Part shown: piece after piece, positions 61,444-64,000 of the stretch
Layout: each line of letters starts with the position of its first letter
Numbering within the stretch: position 1 is the stretch's first letter
Source: Desulfosoma sp.
GTDB lineage: Bacteria; Desulfobacterota; Syntrophobacteria; Syntrophobacterales; DSM-9756
DNA length: 64,000 nt
Assembly: GCA_037481835.1 (NCBI GenBank)
Contig: JBBFKW010000005.1
Span: 32,001-96,000, forward strand
Direction of reading: 5' to 3'
Made by a program: the position numbers and the translations under genes
The notes under the pieces: generated by a model
What the model saw: only the letters and a program-made list of their open reading frames with translations
The model's database searches: none
Told to the model about the DNA's origin: nothing

Positions 61444-62206
61444 CGAAACCTTCCGTCCCCAACAGTTCATCGGCCAAGGCCAGATAAGCCCGTGCCCCGG
61501 CCGAGTTGCGATCATAGAGGGTCACAGGGAGCCCGTGACTCGGGCATTCGCTCAAGCGCACGTTGCGCGGAATCAAGGTCTTGAGGACGCGACCGCCCAA
61601 GTGGTTTCGCACCTCCGTGGCCACCTGGTGGCACAGGTTGTTGCGCCGATCGAACATGGTGAGCACAATGCCCCGAATGCGCAAGGCCGGATTCCACCGC
61701 ATCTTGATCTTGCGGATGGTTTCCAGCAGGAGAGTCAGTCCTTCCATGGCGAAGTATTCGCACTGGAGCGGGATGAGGACGCTGTGGGCGGCGCACAGGC
61801 TGTTGACGGTCAAAAGCCCCAAGGACGGAGGGCAATCCAGGAGGACGACATGGAAATCTCGGCCGAGCGTCTCCATCTTTCGGGCTAAAACCGTCTCCCC
61901 GCCTCCTTGGGCTGCCAGTTCCCATTCGGCCGCCGCCAGAGTGGGGTTGGCCGGCAGAAGCCACAGGGGCAGGTTTTCAAAAGGCCGATGCAGCGGAGGC
62001 TTCACATCGCGCTGCAAAAAGCCGTAGAGGCTCGCGTCCGCGTCGGGGACGCGCACACCCAGCCCGCTGGAAGCGTTCCCCTGAGCGTCGCAATCCACGA
62101 GGAGGACTCTTTTTCCCCGAGCCGCCAGGGCCGCGCCCAGGTTGATCGCCGTGGTGGTCTTGCCCACGCCGCCTTTTTGGTTGGCGACGGCCACGACGGA
62201 GGTCAT
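61436..62206 (-). CDS. parA: ParA/Soj ATPase
   Basis: ANQKGGVGKTTT, D.QGNAS, DCPPSLG, QCEYFAMEG, IPRNVRLSECPSHG. Confidence 0.95.
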   Translation of the reverse strand: MTSVVAVANQKGGVGKTTTAINLGAALAARGKRVLLVDCDAQGNASSGLGVRVPDADASLYGFLQRDVKPPLHRPFENLPLWLLPANPTLAAAEWELAAQGGGETVLARKMETLGRDFHVVLLDCPPSLGLLTVNSLCAAHSVLIPLQCEYFAMEGLTLLLETIRKIKMRWNPALRIRGIVLTMFDRRNNLCHQVATEVRNHLGGRVLKTLIPRNVRLSECPSHGLPVTLYDRNSAGARAYLALADELLGTEGFGE

Positions 62207-62466
62207 GACGAAGCCCCTTCACGCCCTGGGACCACAAGGCTCCAGGCATCGAAAAGTTCGTGGTAGCGCACCAAGAATCGTTCCCCTGTATCCACAAGCA
62301 CGCGGAAATAGCGCATGGGCACGCGATGAGAGGCCACGAAGCCTTCGTACCATCGATCTTCCACCGCGACAACCCGGTAGCGGCGCCCGCGCCATTCCAA
62401 CGCCGTCGGTTCCTGGGCTCCGCAATACGCATCCCGGGTTGTCACCGTGACGCGTTCCAATCGCAT
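62203..62466 (-). CDS. Small hypothetical protein (DUF6504-like)
   Basis: EP...WRGRRY.V..V.DRW...YFRV....GERFL; ATGA overlap with parA. Confidence 0.65.
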   Translation of the reverse strand: MRLERVTVTTRDAYCGAQEPTALEWRGRRYRVVAVEDRWYEGFVASHRVPMRYFRVLVDTGERFLVRYHELFDAWSLVVPGREGASS

Positions 62467-62572
62467 AACGCAACCTCGCCGCTCACCCCGTTCGGCAAAG
62501 AGTGACTAATATACTGGTGGGCGCTTATGATACAATGTTTTTTCAATTGTGATCGGCAAGGAGGTGCACGCC

Positions 62573-63094
62573 ATGACACGCAAAGCGCTCTTGGTCATCG
62601 ACATGCTCAACGATTTCCTCGATCCCCGCGGAGCTCTCTACTGCGGGGAGTCGGCCCGATCGATCATTCCCGCCGTTCGTCGCCTCATGGAGGACTTTTC
62701 TCGACAGGGCCATCTCATCGTCGTGGTCAAGGACGCCCATCGAAGCGACGATCCGGAATTCCGCATGTTCCCTCCGCATGCCGTGCGCGGGACGTGGGGC
62801 GGAGCCGTCATTCCGGAACTGCCCGTCCCGCAGGACGCGGCGGTTGTGGAAAAAACGCGCTACAGCGCCTTCTTCGGCACCCCCTTGGAAGACATCCTCA
62901 AGGACTACGCTCCCGACGAGGTGTGGGTCGTGGGGGTGTGCACGTCCATTTGCGTCATGGATACGGTAGGGGATCTTCGCAACCGGGACTACACCGTGGT
63001 GGTCCCGTCGGAGGCTGTCGCCGATTTCGACCCTGAATTTCATGCTTTTGCCCTTAAGCGCATGGAACGCGTTTACGGCGCCGCCGTTCGCTGA
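62573..63094 (+). CDS. pncA: Nicotinamidase / isochorismatase-family cysteine hydrolase
   Basis: LLVIDMLNDF, D.H, FPPHAV.GT.G, K.RYSAF, GVCTSICV; upstream of pncB. Confidence 0.85.
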   Translation: MTRKALLVIDMLNDFLDPRGALYCGESARSIIPAVRRLMEDFSRQGHLIVVVKDAHRSDDPEFRMFPPHAVRGTWGGAVIPELPVPQDAAVVEKTRYSAFFGTPLEDILKDYAPDEVWVVGVCTSICVMDTVGDLRNRDYTVVVPSEAVADFDPEFHAFALKRMERVYGAAVR

Positions 63095-63128
63095 TATCCG
63101 AGGAAAACGGAAAAGGGAGGCCGAGACT

Positions 63129-64000
63129 ATGGCGCTGTGGCACGGCTACCGCCCGGAACTTCTCACCGATCTTTATCAGTTCACCATGGCGGCGAGCTAC
63201 TGGAAGGAAGGCATGCACGGCCGGGCCGCCTTCAGCCTTTTTGTCCGTGATTTGCCTCCCAACCGCGCCTACTTCGTCTCGGCCGGCCTCCAACACGTTC
63301 TCGCTCTCATCGACGATTTCCACTTCGATCCCGCCTCCATCGATTATCTTCACTCCCTCGGCCGTTTTCCCCAAGGCTTCCTGGATTATCTCAAAACGGT
63401 GCGGTTTACGGGCACGGTTCGGGCCATCCCCGAAGGGCGGATCTTCTTTCCCAACGAACCGCTCATCGAGGTGACCGCCCCGATCGTGGAAGCCCAACTG
63501 CTGGAAACGGTCATTCTCAACACCCTGCACCTGGAAACTTTGGTCGCCACCAAGGCCGCCCGGTGCATCGCCGCCGCCCGCGGCCGCCCCCTCATCGACT
63601 TCTCCCCTCGACGCACCCACGGGGTCGACGCCGCGCTGAAGACCGCTCGATCCAGTTACATCACCGGCTTTATCGGCACGAGCAACGTTCTGGCCGGCCA
63701 ATTTTACGGCATCCCCGTTTTCGGGACCATGGCCCATTCCTACATCACGAGCTTTCTCCATGAAATGGACGCCTTTCGAGCCTACGCCGCGGCCTTTCCA
63801 GACAATACCGTGCTGCTCCTCGACACCTACGACACCTTGAGGGCCGCTGAGAAAGCCGTCATCATCGCCCGGGAACTTCAGGCCCAAGGGAAAAAACTGC
63901 GCGGCGTGCGCCTCGACAGCGGAGACCTCAAGCGCTTGAGCCGTCAAGTCCATGAGCTTTTCCGCCAGCACGGCTTCCCCGACGTGTCCATCATGGCCAG
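63129..64000 (+). CDS. pncB: Nicotinate phosphoribosyltransferase (runs off the window end; absent from the ORF track)
   Basis: ATG at 63129 after GGAGG; LLTDLYQFTM, F.LFVR.LP, AQLLET, DFSPRR, GTSNV, GTMAHS, LLDTYD, VRLDSGD. Confidence 0.93.
   Translation, partial: MALWHGYRPELLTDLYQFTMAASYWKEGMHGRAAFSLFVRDLPPNRAYFVSAGLQHVLALIDDFHFDPASIDYLHSLGRFPQGFLDYLKTVRFTGTVRAIPEGRIFFPNEPLIEVTAPIVEAQLLETVILNTLHLETLVATKAARCIAAARGRPLIDFSPRRTHGVDAALKTARSSYITGFIGTSNVLAGQFYGIPVFGTMAHSYITSFLHEMDAFRAYAAAFPDNTVLLLDTYDTLRAAEKAVIIARELQAQGKKLRGVRLDSGDLKRLSRQVHELFRQHGFPDVSIMA

Overview
GC-rich bacterial chromosome segment. Gene content (Sec-containing Tat formate dehydrogenase, rubrerythrin, DUF3786 Fe-S protein, FmdB-type Zn ribbon, many acyl-CoA enzymes) suggests an anaerobic Desulfobacterota-type organism; this is inferred, not verified. 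Most of it is core or metabolic: ftsY, htpX, purA, fdhABE, minCDE, double-length uvrA, an RpoD-family sigma factor, alaS-recA-thpR-cinA-larC-lon, two tRNA-Ser genes, moaC, dksA, birA-cobS-cobU-parB-parA, pncA-pncB. The best signals are missing from the ORF track. (1) A 56-codon dual-CXXC gene at 47145-47315 has an in-frame UGA and its own promoter, RBS and terminator. Its downstream hairpin has a GGC loop exactly 23 nt after the UGA, the same as the fdhA SECIS, so it is a probable small selenoprotein of unknown function. It is transcribed divergently from a DRG-type GTPase. (2) A decay zone at 3.8-5.9 kb holds recD reduced to three collinear fragments, an IS4-family right end, an intact yefM-yoeB pair, REP-like hairpins and the 3' end (DV-DVI) of a group II intron. 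(3) Several archaeal-type genes are present: a CarS-like domain fused to a metallophosphoesterase, a B12-binding radical SAM enzyme, and the DRG GTPase. (4) The fdh locus has a lipobox after the Tat motif and a candidate UGA-containing uORF in its leader. No CRISPR array or rRNA was seen. All family assignments come from motif recognition; no searches were run.
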